64,000 bases of DNA from the NCBI GenBank assembly GCA_029856145.1, contig JAHQWK010000030.1:9261-73260 (forward strand), read 5' to 3'. Both the position numbers and the translations under genes were made by a program. Within the stretch, counting starts at the first letter, position 1. The number at the start of each line of letters is the position of its first letter. Below, piece by piece: positions 20,901 through 29,377 of the stretch. Source of the DNA: Promethearchaeia archaeon. GTDB taxonomy: Archaea; Asgardarchaeota; Lokiarchaeia; Sigyniarchaeales; SOKP01. The notes beneath the pieces were generated by a model. That model had not been told where the DNA came from, ran no database searches, and worked only from the letters and a program-made list of their open reading frames with translations.

Positions 20901-21035
20901 GCTGTATGTAAAGGTTGTGGAACATGTGCTGCAACATGCCCCGTTGGAGCTATAATGGTAAAACATTATGATTTTGATCAAATTTCTACAATGATTGATT
21001 CCTACTTATTAGAAAAGGAGGAAGTTAAGAATTAG
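17934..21035 (+). CDS. hdrA: Large two-module HdrA-like flavoprotein
   Basis: GGGIAG, QLDKTFPTLDC, CHCGINIG, NIRDQCSWVH, EAHVKLRP. Start overlaps the upstream stop. Confidence 0.95.
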   Translation: MEGSVLVIGGGIAGIQISLDLTELGFKVYLVEKSPSIGGRMAQLDKTFPTLDCSLCILAPKMVEVFRNPNIELMTYHEVLHIDGEPGNFTAKILKKPRYVDEEKCKGCGDCANKCPKILAPNPFEMNIGKRKSVYIPFPQAVPPIYLIDSEMCLYLQKGVCQVCKKVCTAEAIDFEQKPEEFDIKVGAVVVATGFEMPAENLSSRWGYRYENVVSALEYERILCASGPFDGHVMRLSDDKEPEVIAFVQCAGSRDLHENVPFCSSVCCTYTAKQAIITQEHSDNSECYVFRHDIRAYGKNFYEFTQRAQKEYGVKYFQSKISTIKEDPDTQDLFIHYEDLKTGEFKDFRANLVVLASPLVPSKGVKELGYSLGIELDKYNFFQEKSYFDKLKSSRDGVFLCGFCQGPMDIPETVADASGVAAQIANLLNSVKFTQMKEKVFDVPEKEIKITDEPRIGVMVCHCGINIGNYVDVPRVVEYVKELQNVVVCEANLYSCSSDSQIRIKELIAEYDLNRFIVASCTPRTHESLFQETCQEGGLNKYLFELVNIRDQCSWVHMTEKEAATEKAIDLIRMHVAKSKLLKPQKEDKVDITHTALIIGGGVSGMTAALNIANQGFKAYLVEKESELGGNLKFLNVLYPVHKNALEFLRELKEKIDKNNNIQVFLNGGIKNIKGYVGNYDVVINDSNNEIHDVKIGTIIVATGGQEFKPSGLFGYNDKNKNVMTQLELEQKLQNKDHSWLDQINRVTIILCVNARQDEGITYCSNICCANSIKNVRILKELKPELEIVVIYRDLQMAKKEFEEYYRERRKDAIFLRYDLEKLPEVKKKKGTPEKFQIIVFDTNLKDNLEFETDLILLSTPMIPADNLKELAMMLKVPLDKNGFFLEAHVKLRPLDFATEGIFLCGCAQWPKNIQDSISQANGAAGRASRFLSADKITTSGLVAEVSEEKCIGCGKCEDVCPYKAISLIEIIKEFEDISIKVNKSNINAAVCKGCGTCAATCPVGAIMVKHYDFDQISTMIDSYLLEKEEVKN

Positions 21036-21051
21036 TTCTTAGGTGATAATC

Positions 21052-21486
21052 ATGTCGAAATCAAATAAGAAAGCAAAACAAGAAGGATTTGAACCCAACA
21101 TTTTGGTTTTTTGTTGTAATTGGTGTAGCTATGCTGGAGCAGATTTAGCAGGGGTTTCACGATTTCAATATCCCCCCAATATCAGGATAATAAGGGTAAT
21201 GTGTTCTGGACGAGTAGATCCTTCATTTGTGTTAAAAGCTTTAAAGAACGGTGTTGATGGAGTCCTTGTAAGTGGATGCCATATAGGCGATTGTCATTAT
21301 ATTACAGGAAATGAATATACACAGGAAAGATTTGAAAGACTACATTCAATTTTAATAAAACAATTGGGAGTAGATCCTAAACGAGTACGACTAGAATGGG
21401 TAAGTGCGTCTGAAGGAAAGAGATTTGCTGAAGTAATAACAGAATTTACTAATCAAATTAAAGAATTAGGGCCATTAAGACCTTAG
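21052..21486 (+). CDS. mvhD: MvhD [2Fe-2S] subunit, cysteine form
   Basis: FCCNWCSYAGADLAG, GCHIGDCHY. ATG 21052 lies 5 nt after SD GGTGA. Confidence 0.96.
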   Translation: MSKSNKKAKQEGFEPNILVFCCNWCSYAGADLAGVSRFQYPPNIRIIRVMCSGRVDPSFVLKALKNGVDGVLVSGCHIGDCHYITGNEYTQERFERLHSILIKQLGVDPKRVRLEWVSASEGKRFAEVITEFTNQIKELGPLRP

Positions 21487-21708
21487 TATTTCTAATGCTT
21501 CATTGATAGGTAAATGATTTAACTTAATTGCTTTATTATAATGTTTTTTGCAAAACCATTCCGCGTTTGGTGGATGTCCTACGCCTCCAATTTTTTCCAT
21601 TCTTTTTTCCCATTCTATATCAGATGGACGTTTCTTAAAGTATATCAACCCGCCATCATCCATATCCACTAATTTCTTATCACATATTCTACATATAGGG
21701 GGTTTCAT
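21475..21708 (-). CDS. Small putative zinc-binding protein
   Basis: CRIC near the N-terminus and WFCKKH; plausible ATG start. Confidence 0.65.
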   Translation of the reverse strand: MKPPICRICDKKLVDMDDGGLIYFKKRPSDIEWEKRMEKIGGVGHPPNAEWFCKKHYNKAIKLNHLPINEALEILRS

Positions 21709-21818
21709 AATATCAATTTTTTAAACATTTATTTAATATTTTATTATTGATAAAAGAAATTTAAATTAAATTATCTAATTTTTAAGTAATTTAAGTTAAA
21801 TTTCATGAGTTGATCAAT

Positions 21819-22556
21819 ATGGAAAAAAAATATCAATTTATCAATATTGAGAAGAAAGGTAAAATCTCAATAATTAAATTTAATCGCGCAGAAAAGAAAA
21901 ATGCTTTAAGTGAAACTATGAGAGCAGAAATTATTGAAGCTTTAAATTCACTTAAAGATGAAAAAAGAGTTAAAGCTGTAATTTTTTATGGAGGAGAAGA
22001 ATTCTTTTCCGCTGGATTTGATAGAGATGAAGTACAAGCAATTGTACAAGGAAAGGGGGATTACCAGCAATTTATCGATTCTAATCATCTTTTTCATCAG
22101 ACAATTTTTGAGTTTCCGAAATTATTAATTGCTGCCATCAATGGGTATGCTCTAGCAGGAGCATTTGACCTTGCTGTTATTTGTCACCTTCGGGTTGCTT
22201 CAAAAGGTTCACTTTTTGGACATCCTGAGATAAGATTCGGTGCATGTCCTTTGTTTTTTCCCTATATGACACTTGTGGGGCGCGGAAAAGCTCTAGAACT
22301 TACATTAAATACAGGAAATCGAGAAACTTTTCTCACCGCTGATGAAGCTTATCGTTTGAACATTATAAATAAATTAGTTGAAAAAAGAGAGGTTTTAAAT
22401 GAAGCAATTAATTTGGCAAAACAAATCACTCAATCACCTGAATATGTTATAAAACAATTGCTTCAAGTAAACAATATTTTCTTCGATCAAGTTAAAATAT
22501 TTGACACTGAAATCAAAACCATCCTTAAAAGTATGAGTACGTTATTAGGGATTTAA
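21819..22556 (+). CDS. Enoyl-CoA hydratase/isomerase family protein
   Basis: NRAEKKNAL, FSAGFD, IAAINGYALAG, FGHPE. Confidence 0.92.
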   Translation: MEKKYQFINIEKKGKISIIKFNRAEKKNALSETMRAEIIEALNSLKDEKRVKAVIFYGGEEFFSAGFDRDEVQAIVQGKGDYQQFIDSNHLFHQTIFEFPKLLIAAINGYALAGAFDLAVICHLRVASKGSLFGHPEIRFGACPLFFPYMTLVGRGKALELTLNTGNRETFLTADEAYRLNIINKLVEKREVLNEAINLAKQITQSPEYVIKQLLQVNNIFFDQVKIFDTEIKTILKSMSTLLGI

Positions 22557-22656
22557 ATTCCTTTTTTTTTACATTTTATTCCTAAATTTACAAAAAGTAT
22601 ATTATTTTTTTTAAATAAATGATATAAAAGAAGAAATATTTTGAGATGATTATTCT

Positions 22657-23640
22657 ATTAGAGCTGCTGTTATTGAAGATATCCAAAAATTAGTATATAA
22701 GGAGGATTATCCAAAACCTATTCCGGGTCCAGAGGAAGCCTTGGTTAAAGTTCATTACTGTGGAATTTGTGGAAGCGATATTACAAATTTCAAGTATAAA
22801 ATGTATAATTTTCCATTAATAATGGGACATGAAATCACAGGTGTCGTTGAAGAAATTGGAGAAAATATTTCGAATGTAAAGGTGGGAGATAGAGTTATCT
22901 GTGTGAACGTATCACTTGATGTTAGCCAAGGTCAATTAAAAGGGATGGGTATGTTTCAAGATGGGGGTTTTGCTGAATATGTAAAAGTTCCAAAGATATC
23001 TTTATTTCCAATACCTGCAAATACTACAATTAAAGATGCTGTAATGGTAGAAACATTTGCATTAATAATGAGAGCTTTTAAACTTTCGAAAATTGAGAAA
23101 GGGGAAAATGTGCTTATTATTGGAGGCGGAAATGTTGGGTTAGCAGCTCTCAAGACATTATTAATTGAAAAAAGTCCTAATTATGTTGTTGTAGTTGAAC
23201 CCAATGAGTTTTTAAGGAAAGAGGCTTTAGCAATGGGAGCAACTGATGCGGTTGGTACAAGTCGAGCTAAAGTAAAAAAGGCTACTAAAAAGCTTGGAAC
23301 ACCTAATTTTATATTTGATTGTGTTGGAAATGAAGAAACAATATCTAATGCTGTCAATTTCATTAAAAAAGGCGGTACGATCCTACTAGAAGGAATTCAT
23401 AAAGGAAGCATAACATTCCCTTTGTTTATGTTAAATTCTAAAGAGGTCACCTTGAAAGGATGTCTAGGTCATGATCGAGATGACATAATAGCTGCTATTG
23501 ATTTGTTTGCTAAGAATAAAGTTGATGCTAATGAATTTATTTCTGAAGTGATTCGTTTAGAAGATATGCAGAAAACATTTGAAAGATTTCTAAAACCGAG
23601 TGGTCGGAATTTTGTTAAAATTTTAGTCGATATCAAGTAA
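22657..23640 (+). CDS. Zinc-binding (MDR) alcohol/polyol dehydrogenase; probable AUU start
   Basis: CGICGSD, GHE, GGGNVG. The frame extends upstream of the tracked TTG to (I)RAAVIEDIQKLVYKEDYPKPIPGPEEAL, the normal MDR N-terminus. In-frame TGA at 22642 and no in-frame ATG/GTG/TTG before 22741. Confidence 0.85.
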   Translation: MRAAVIEDIQKLVYKEDYPKPIPGPEEALVKVHYCGICGSDITNFKYKMYNFPLIMGHEITGVVEEIGENISNVKVGDRVICVNVSLDVSQGQLKGMGMFQDGGFAEYVKVPKISLFPIPANTTIKDAVMVETFALIMRAFKLSKIEKGENVLIIGGGNVGLAALKTLLIEKSPNYVVVVEPNEFLRKEALAMGATDAVGTSRAKVKKATKKLGTPNFIFDCVGNEETISNAVNFIKKGGTILLEGIHKGSITFPLFMLNSKEVTLKGCLGHDRDDIIAAIDLFAKNKVDANEFISEVIRLEDMQKTFERFLKPSGRNFVKILVDIK

Positions 23641-23778
23641 TTTTTTACTCGAAATTATCTTTTTTATGATTTTAATGTAATGATGAGAAAAGATATATAG
23701 ATTAAAAAACAAGCAATTATTTCTGAAACTATTGCTTAATATACATATTATCAAGATTAACCTCTATGTAAGATCATC

Positions 23779-24735
23779 ATGTCATTTAAAGGGATACAGA
23801 ACGCTTATAAGAGAATTAAATCACATGCTAACAAAACCCCAGTAATGACATCTAGCACGTTAAATAAAATAACAAATGCTAAAATCTATTTTAAGTGTGA
23901 AAACTTTCAGAAAGTAGGTGCTTTTAAGTTCCGCGGAGCTTTTAATGCATTAAGTATGCTTACAAATGATCAAAAGAAGCGTGGTGTTATAACACATTCC
24001 AGTGGAAATCATGCTCAAGCTGTTGCCTTAGCAGCATCAATTTTAGGGATTGTTGCGACTATTGTAATGCCAAAAGGAGCCCCGAAGAACAAAATAAATG
24101 CAACAAAAGGATACAATGCTAAAATTGAATTTTGTGAGAATACACTCGAAGCGAGAGTTCAAAAAACAGAAGATATAATAAAACAAAAGAAACGTATTTT
24201 AATTCATCCATATGATAATGATACTATTATTAATGGTCAAGGAACTGCGGCTTATGAATTAATTGAAGAGGTTAGTAAATTAGATATTGTCATTACTCCA
24301 CTTGGAGGTGGAGGTTTATTAAGTGGGACAGTTATCGCTACTAAAGGTTTATGTCCAAATGCAAGAGTTATTGGAGTTGAACCATCATTAGCAGATGATG
24401 CGCTTAGGTCACTTAAAGCGGGTTATATCATACCAAGTACCTATCCAGATACTATAGCTGATGGTTTACGTACTTCTCTTTGTGAAAGAACATTCAATAT
24501 CATTCGAAAAAATGTTGATGATATAATAACTGTTTCTGAAATGGAGATAATCGAAGCAATGAGATTTCTCTGGGAGCGTATGAAGATTGTCGTAGAACCT
24601 TCAGGAGCAGTTCCATTAGCAGCTATATTATCAAAAAAAGTCTCAGTAGAAAGTAAAAAGATCGGAGTGATTTTGAGTGGTGGCAATATTGATGTTGAAC
24701 CTTTCTTTCAATTATTAGAAAAAAAAATTGTATGA
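23779..24735 (+). CDS. PLP-dependent threonine/serine dehydratase (serine racemase-like)
   Basis: KCENFQKVGAFKFRGA, SSGNHAQ, GGGGLLSG, VEPSGA, SGGNID. Confidence 0.93.
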   Translation: MSFKGIQNAYKRIKSHANKTPVMTSSTLNKITNAKIYFKCENFQKVGAFKFRGAFNALSMLTNDQKKRGVITHSSGNHAQAVALAASILGIVATIVMPKGAPKNKINATKGYNAKIEFCENTLEARVQKTEDIIKQKKRILIHPYDNDTIINGQGTAAYELIEEVSKLDIVITPLGGGGLLSGTVIATKGLCPNARVIGVEPSLADDALRSLKAGYIIPSTYPDTIADGLRTSLCERTFNIIRKNVDDIITVSEMEIIEAMRFLWERMKIVVEPSGAVPLAAILSKKVSVESKKIGVILSGGNIDVEPFFQLLEKKIV

Positions 24736-24738
24736 ATT

Positions 24739-26013
24739 ATGTTAGACTCACTAAGTAAATTATTTAAAAACATAGAACTTTCTTGGATTGATTCAGTAGC
24801 TAATATTGATAGTTCTGATGAGTTTTCTGATCTTATCTCAATATTTCCAAACTTAGAGAGAATTTTTCAAGACGCTCGAGAGAAAAATAGAGATGAAATT
24901 CAAAGAACAATAAGACACATATTTAGATCGTATAAAATTTTCTTTTTGATAAAAAGTGGAAAGTTCTCTCATGAAACTCTTTCACAAGAATCTATAACTA
25001 AAATCCGAGAAAAAGTTTTGAATCAACATTCTAAAAACCAGTTAATCATCCCAATAATTTTAATGTATCATGATATTGGAAGATATGTTGATAATAAAAA
25101 ACATCCATATCATAGTTATAATCTTATATCACGCATGGATTTGCTTGAACTATTTGAGCTTTCAGATATCGAGAAATTACTTATCAAAAATATAGTCCAC
25201 TATCACTTACTTATTGCTACTATATATACCGGAGAATCTACTTTTTATGGAATCTATTCACTATTTAATGATCCTGAATTCATTAAGCTCCTCTCATATG
25301 AAAATATCATTAACAGATTCATTGATCTCTTAGAAGTTTTTACATATATTGATATTCTTGGCTACTATTATACTAAAATCTTTGACCATTACATTAAGTA
25401 TTATGATGAGATCAGTTCAAAATTGAAGATGATTTTGAGGTTTTTACCAGATAAAGAGTTGGCTTTAAAGAAAGCAAAAGAATATTCACATGAATGGTTA
25501 GAATGGAGGCTTGCAGGTGCCCTTAGAATATTCCAATTTGTTGAAACAAAACCACATTTAACCAAAGAATTTTATTACAATAAATTAAAAGAAAGTATAA
25601 AGGAATGTGGTAATCAACTACTCAGTGAACTCAATTGGGATTCATTAAAAGATCAATATTTAACCCATTCTTATAAAATTCAAATGAGATATTCTCTAGC
25701 TTTGTTAATGATTCTAGCATTTGGGAGCTTTCAACGCATGGGATTAAAAATTAATACTGGTGTTTCATACAAATTAATTTTATTTTGGACTCTGCTTTCT
25801 AAAGAAGTAAAATCAAGATCCGGAAATAATTCTAAATCTCTATGGAACGTATTTTTAGAGGGCATACCTCATTGGTCAAAAATTGATAAATCATTTATTG
25901 AAAAAATAAATGAGGACAAGATCGAAATTATAATTCATAACGCCAACCATGAATTTGATGAAACTAAAGGAGAATTTACCTTATACTTAGATTTTAATCA
26001 AGTTGCCAATTAA
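24739..26013 (+). CDS. Hypothetical protein with HD-domain-like motif
   Basis: RHIF...YHDIGR...HPYHS...VHYHL...YID pattern; long ORF. Confidence 0.6.
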   Translation: MLDSLSKLFKNIELSWIDSVANIDSSDEFSDLISIFPNLERIFQDAREKNRDEIQRTIRHIFRSYKIFFLIKSGKFSHETLSQESITKIREKVLNQHSKNQLIIPIILMYHDIGRYVDNKKHPYHSYNLISRMDLLELFELSDIEKLLIKNIVHYHLLIATIYTGESTFYGIYSLFNDPEFIKLLSYENIINRFIDLLEVFTYIDILGYYYTKIFDHYIKYYDEISSKLKMILRFLPDKELALKKAKEYSHEWLEWRLAGALRIFQFVETKPHLTKEFYYNKLKESIKECGNQLLSELNWDSLKDQYLTHSYKIQMRYSLALLMILAFGSFQRMGLKINTGVSYKLILFWTLLSKEVKSRSGNNSKSLWNVFLEGIPHWSKIDKSFIEKINEDKIEIIIHNANHEFDETKGEFTLYLDFNQVAN

Positions 26014-26169
26014 ATCATCCAATTCTTCAAAGCTTTCCGATTACACAAATTAATTAATTACATTTTCTTCAAACATTTTTTACTTTTTTTTCTAGTTAAA
26101 CTTTTAGAATAAGAAGGATTTTTTTCACTTGAAAAAAGAATAATTATTTTCTTTAGAACAACAATTGGA

Positions 26170-27219
26170 TTGGTTGCATTGTCGGATATATTTAATAGAT
26201 CAGTGGAAAAAAACCCCTCTGAGTTTTTATGCGTTGTATATGTCATGTTTTTCGATGAAAAACGTGGACAGGTACCTTTATTAATGTATCCTGACGACAG
26301 ACTTAGAAACGATAAAAGATACATGCGACCAGTAAATTATCATCCGGTCTGGTTTTTAGAGACTGAAGAACTTGATCACATTGATTTGGAATATAAAGGG
26401 TATGCATTTTTTGGGAAAAAATTTCTTGTAAAATCAGAAAGACCAAAACGTAGGGCTGGACTTGAGGAGGAAAGTCCAGAGACGATCGTTATTATTGTTT
26501 CTCTTCCTGTTGAAATAGAGATTTTTGGTGATGATCTCATTAAAGTATTGACGGAAAAATTACGTGAGAACTTCGAAGATCAGGTATCTGACGTCATAGA
26601 AAGCGAGATTGCTTCTGAAACTGTGATAAAGACACCGAAAATTCAAGAACGTATATCTAAAGGAACTAAAATTAAGGTATTTATGAGGGAATTAATTGAC
26701 AAGACTATTAAAGGATATTTTTCAAAAACTATTGAAAAAAGATCTGAATCCCCTTCTCTTAAAAACCAAAAAGCAATTTCTTATTTCTCTCTAAAGGGTT
26801 TTGAGTTTTCTCCTCTTAGTAGTTTAAAAGGAGAAAGTGGATTTGCTGATGTAGATCTTTTTGATCCTATAAAAAAAATAAGTGAAGAGCTTGCAACCAA
26901 ACCTTTACTTTCAGTTACTAACATTAATTATATTGAGAATAGCCAAGAACTTGAAATTACAGTTCAAAATAATATAGATAAGGAATTGAAAAATTTAGCT
27001 ATAACAATAACACATATCAAAGATTATTTTGAAAAAGAAGTAATGCATCAAGAGGTTAACTTTTGGTTCCCTCAAGAGGAGCTCTTGTTTGTTACACCAA
27101 TAGTTCCTCATATTGATGAATATTTGTTTTCTATTAAGAAAGAAGATGATAGTGGGAATGATCTAAAGGTCTTTACCCAAAGAATTGATTTAAAATTAAT
27201 TAATAAAATAACAAGTTAA
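26170..27219 (+). CDS. Hypothetical protein with an N-terminal uDENN/longin-like motif and a C-terminal beta-rich (Ig-like) domain
   Basis: CVVYVMFFDEKRGQVPLLMYP; C-terminal LEITVQNN..KELKNLAITI. The ORF is solid; the domain call is an inference. Confidence 0.55.
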   Translation: MVALSDIFNRSVEKNPSEFLCVVYVMFFDEKRGQVPLLMYPDDRLRNDKRYMRPVNYHPVWFLETEELDHIDLEYKGYAFFGKKFLVKSERPKRRAGLEEESPETIVIIVSLPVEIEIFGDDLIKVLTEKLRENFEDQVSDVIESEIASETVIKTPKIQERISKGTKIKVFMRELIDKTIKGYFSKTIEKRSESPSLKNQKAISYFSLKGFEFSPLSSLKGESGFADVDLFDPIKKISEELATKPLLSVTNINYIENSQELEITVQNNIDKELKNLAITITHIKDYFEKEVMHQEVNFWFPQEELLFVTPIVPHIDEYLFSIKKEDDSGNDLKVFTQRIDLKLINKITS

Positions 27220-27221
27220 AG

Positions 27222-27710
27222 ATGGAAAGTATAATGTCAAATGATGAAATTAAAGAAGAAGATATTATAATCAGGAATTATCGTACTTCAGATTATCAAG
27301 TAACTTTAGAAATTTTAAAAGAGCTTCAGGATCAGTATGATATCGGCTTTAGTGAACAACAATGGAGAGAATCTTCAGGATTAAGGCAATTTAAACCAAA
27401 TCTAAAGCGAATCACATTAATTGCGGAATTAAAATCTACAGGTCAAGTTGTAAGTATGGGAATGGTTGAAGCAGTAAAAAATACACTTGGACGCTATATT
27501 GGTTATTTAGACAATTGGGCTACTAAAAAAGAATTTATTGGTAAAGGTATAGGTAAACTTTTAGCAGACAGAGCTACTCAAATTCTCGAGTCATGGGGTT
27601 GCGATTCTATCAGAATTAACCTTGCATATAAATCAACAAAAAAATTACTTGATGTTTTTGGTAAAGCAGGTTTTCAACCAATTATTACCATACTTGAAAA
27701 AAGGTTTTAG
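27222..27710 (+). CDS. GNAT-family acetyltransferase
   Basis: IIIRNY, YLDNWAT..EFIGKGIGKLL, KAGF. Confidence 0.85.
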   Translation: MESIMSNDEIKEEDIIIRNYRTSDYQVTLEILKELQDQYDIGFSEQQWRESSGLRQFKPNLKRITLIAELKSTGQVVSMGMVEAVKNTLGRYIGYLDNWATKKEFIGKGIGKLLADRATQILESWGCDSIRINLAYKSTKKLLDVFGKAGFQPIITILEKRF

Positions 27711-27714
27711 GTTA

Positions 27715-29091
27715 TTAAAGAGTAAGTTGTTCGAATCTAGCCTGGAAAAACCGCAAATGTTTAGGCTCAAAAACCATTTTCAAGCCAGGTATGGTATCTC
27801 TCTTCTCATAGAGTCTAGCTATAGAATCCGCGATATATTCCATATGCGTATTAGTATAAACTCTACGTGGAATTGTAAGTCTAACAAGTTCTAATTTTGG
27901 AAATATATTATCACCCGTTTCTTTATCTCTGCCTTTAGAGACGGCCCCTCTTTCCATAGTCCTAACAGCGGAGTCTTCATAGATGGCAGCTGAAAGAGTT
28001 TGTGCTGGCCATTGGTCCCGTGGAAGGTGAGGCAAGAATTTTAAAGCATCAAGAAAGACACCATGACCACCAATTGGTTTTACTATAGAAACTCCCGCTT
28101 TCATCAATAACTCGCCTAAATAACGCACTTGATTAATTCGATATTTCAGATACTCATAATCAGCACCTTCCCTTAAGCCACGAGCAACGGCTTCCAGATC
28201 TCGGCCCGCAAGCCCACCATAGGTATGAAGCCCTTCAAATAAAACAACCATCCCCCTCGTATAATCGAAAATATCTTTACTATGGGTTGCTAAAAAGCCT
28301 CCAATATTCACTAGACAATCCTTCTTCGCACTGTATATACACCCATCCGAATAGCTCATCATTTCTCTTAGTATATCGATAATGGGCGTACTTTCATAAC
28401 CTTTTTCTCGCTCTCTAATAAAGTAAGCATTTTCACTTGACCTAGTGGCGTCGAATATTATTTTTAGTTTATATTCATCACAGTATTCTTTTAATTTTCT
28501 CAAGTTCTTCATTGAGACTGGCTGTCCAGCTGCCATGTTAACGTTTAATTCCACGTTTACAAACGCAATCTTTTCTGGTCCATACTCATCAATTAGATTT
28601 TGAAGCTTTTTAAAATCAATATCTCCTTTAAAAGGATTTTCATTCTCAGGATCATGAGCGTCATCAATAATAACATCAAGCATGGTTCCTCCTGCTAATT
28701 CTACATGAGCTTTTGAGGTCGTGAAATACATGTTTCTAGGAACAATTTGTCCAGGATTAGTAAGATGACCATACATTAAATGTTCAGCACCACGTCCTTG
28801 ATGAGTAGGTACAACATATTTATACCCTAAAACATCTTGTATTGCTTTTTCAAGGTTATAAAAGTTTTTACTGCCTGCGTATGCCTCATCTCCGAGCATA
28901 ATGCCTGCCCATTGGTTATCAGACATAGCAGTAGTTCCAGAATCTGTTAATAAATCAATAAATACATCATCAGAATAAAGTAAGAATGTATTAAATCCAG
29001 CTTCTCTAATTGCTTCTTTTCTCCTCTTTTCAGAGGGTATTTTTACATGTTCGATCATCTTAATCTTAAAAGGTTCAACGGGACCATTCAC
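27715..29091 (-). CDS. tpl: Tyrosine phenol-lyase (beta-eliminating lyase family)
   Basis: IDLLTDSGT, GDEAYAGS, THQGRGAE, SAKKD. TPL-type residues NTFLL, NMYFTT and LRFF rather than tryptophanase FDTT/LRHF. Confidence 0.85.
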   Translation of the reverse strand: MNGPVEPFKIKMIEHVKIPSEKRRKEAIREAGFNTFLLYSDDVFIDLLTDSGTTAMSDNQWAGIMLGDEAYAGSKNFYNLEKAIQDVLGYKYVVPTHQGRGAEHLMYGHLTNPGQIVPRNMYFTTSKAHVELAGGTMLDVIIDDAHDPENENPFKGDIDFKKLQNLIDEYGPEKIAFVNVELNVNMAAGQPVSMKNLRKLKEYCDEYKLKIIFDATRSSENAYFIREREKGYESTPIIDILREMMSYSDGCIYSAKKDCLVNIGGFLATHSKDIFDYTRGMVVLFEGLHTYGGLAGRDLEAVARGLREGADYEYLKYRINQVRYLGELLMKAGVSIVKPIGGHGVFLDALKFLPHLPRDQWPAQTLSAAIYEDSAVRTMERGAVSKGRDKETGDNIFPKLELVRLTIPRRVYTNTHMEYIADSIARLYEKRDTIPGLKMVFEPKHLRFFQARFEQLTL

Positions 29092-29377
29092 AATAATTCT
29101 CCCTCAAAATTTTTTTTATTTAATTAGATAATTATATCACAACTGAAAAATATTTCTGTAATGCCTTACCCACTTGTTTCCCCTATAAATACGATAATGA
29201 CCAGTATTAACAATTGAGGTAAAATTCAGAAGAATAGAACTAGAAAACAATAATTACTTATGTGTAAAATTTTGATTATTAAATTTCTCACTCTGATTTA
29301 ATGAAATATATTAATTTTAAAAAATTCAAAATTATAATATAAATTAATTTTCAAAATAAAAAGGGAGAAAAAATAAA

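Noticed and set aside
29217-29306. Possible split fifth copy of the repeat (GGTAAAATTCAGA … TCTGATTTAATGAAA)
   Set aside because: The halves are about 60 bp apart and imperfect in very AT-rich DNA; could be chance.
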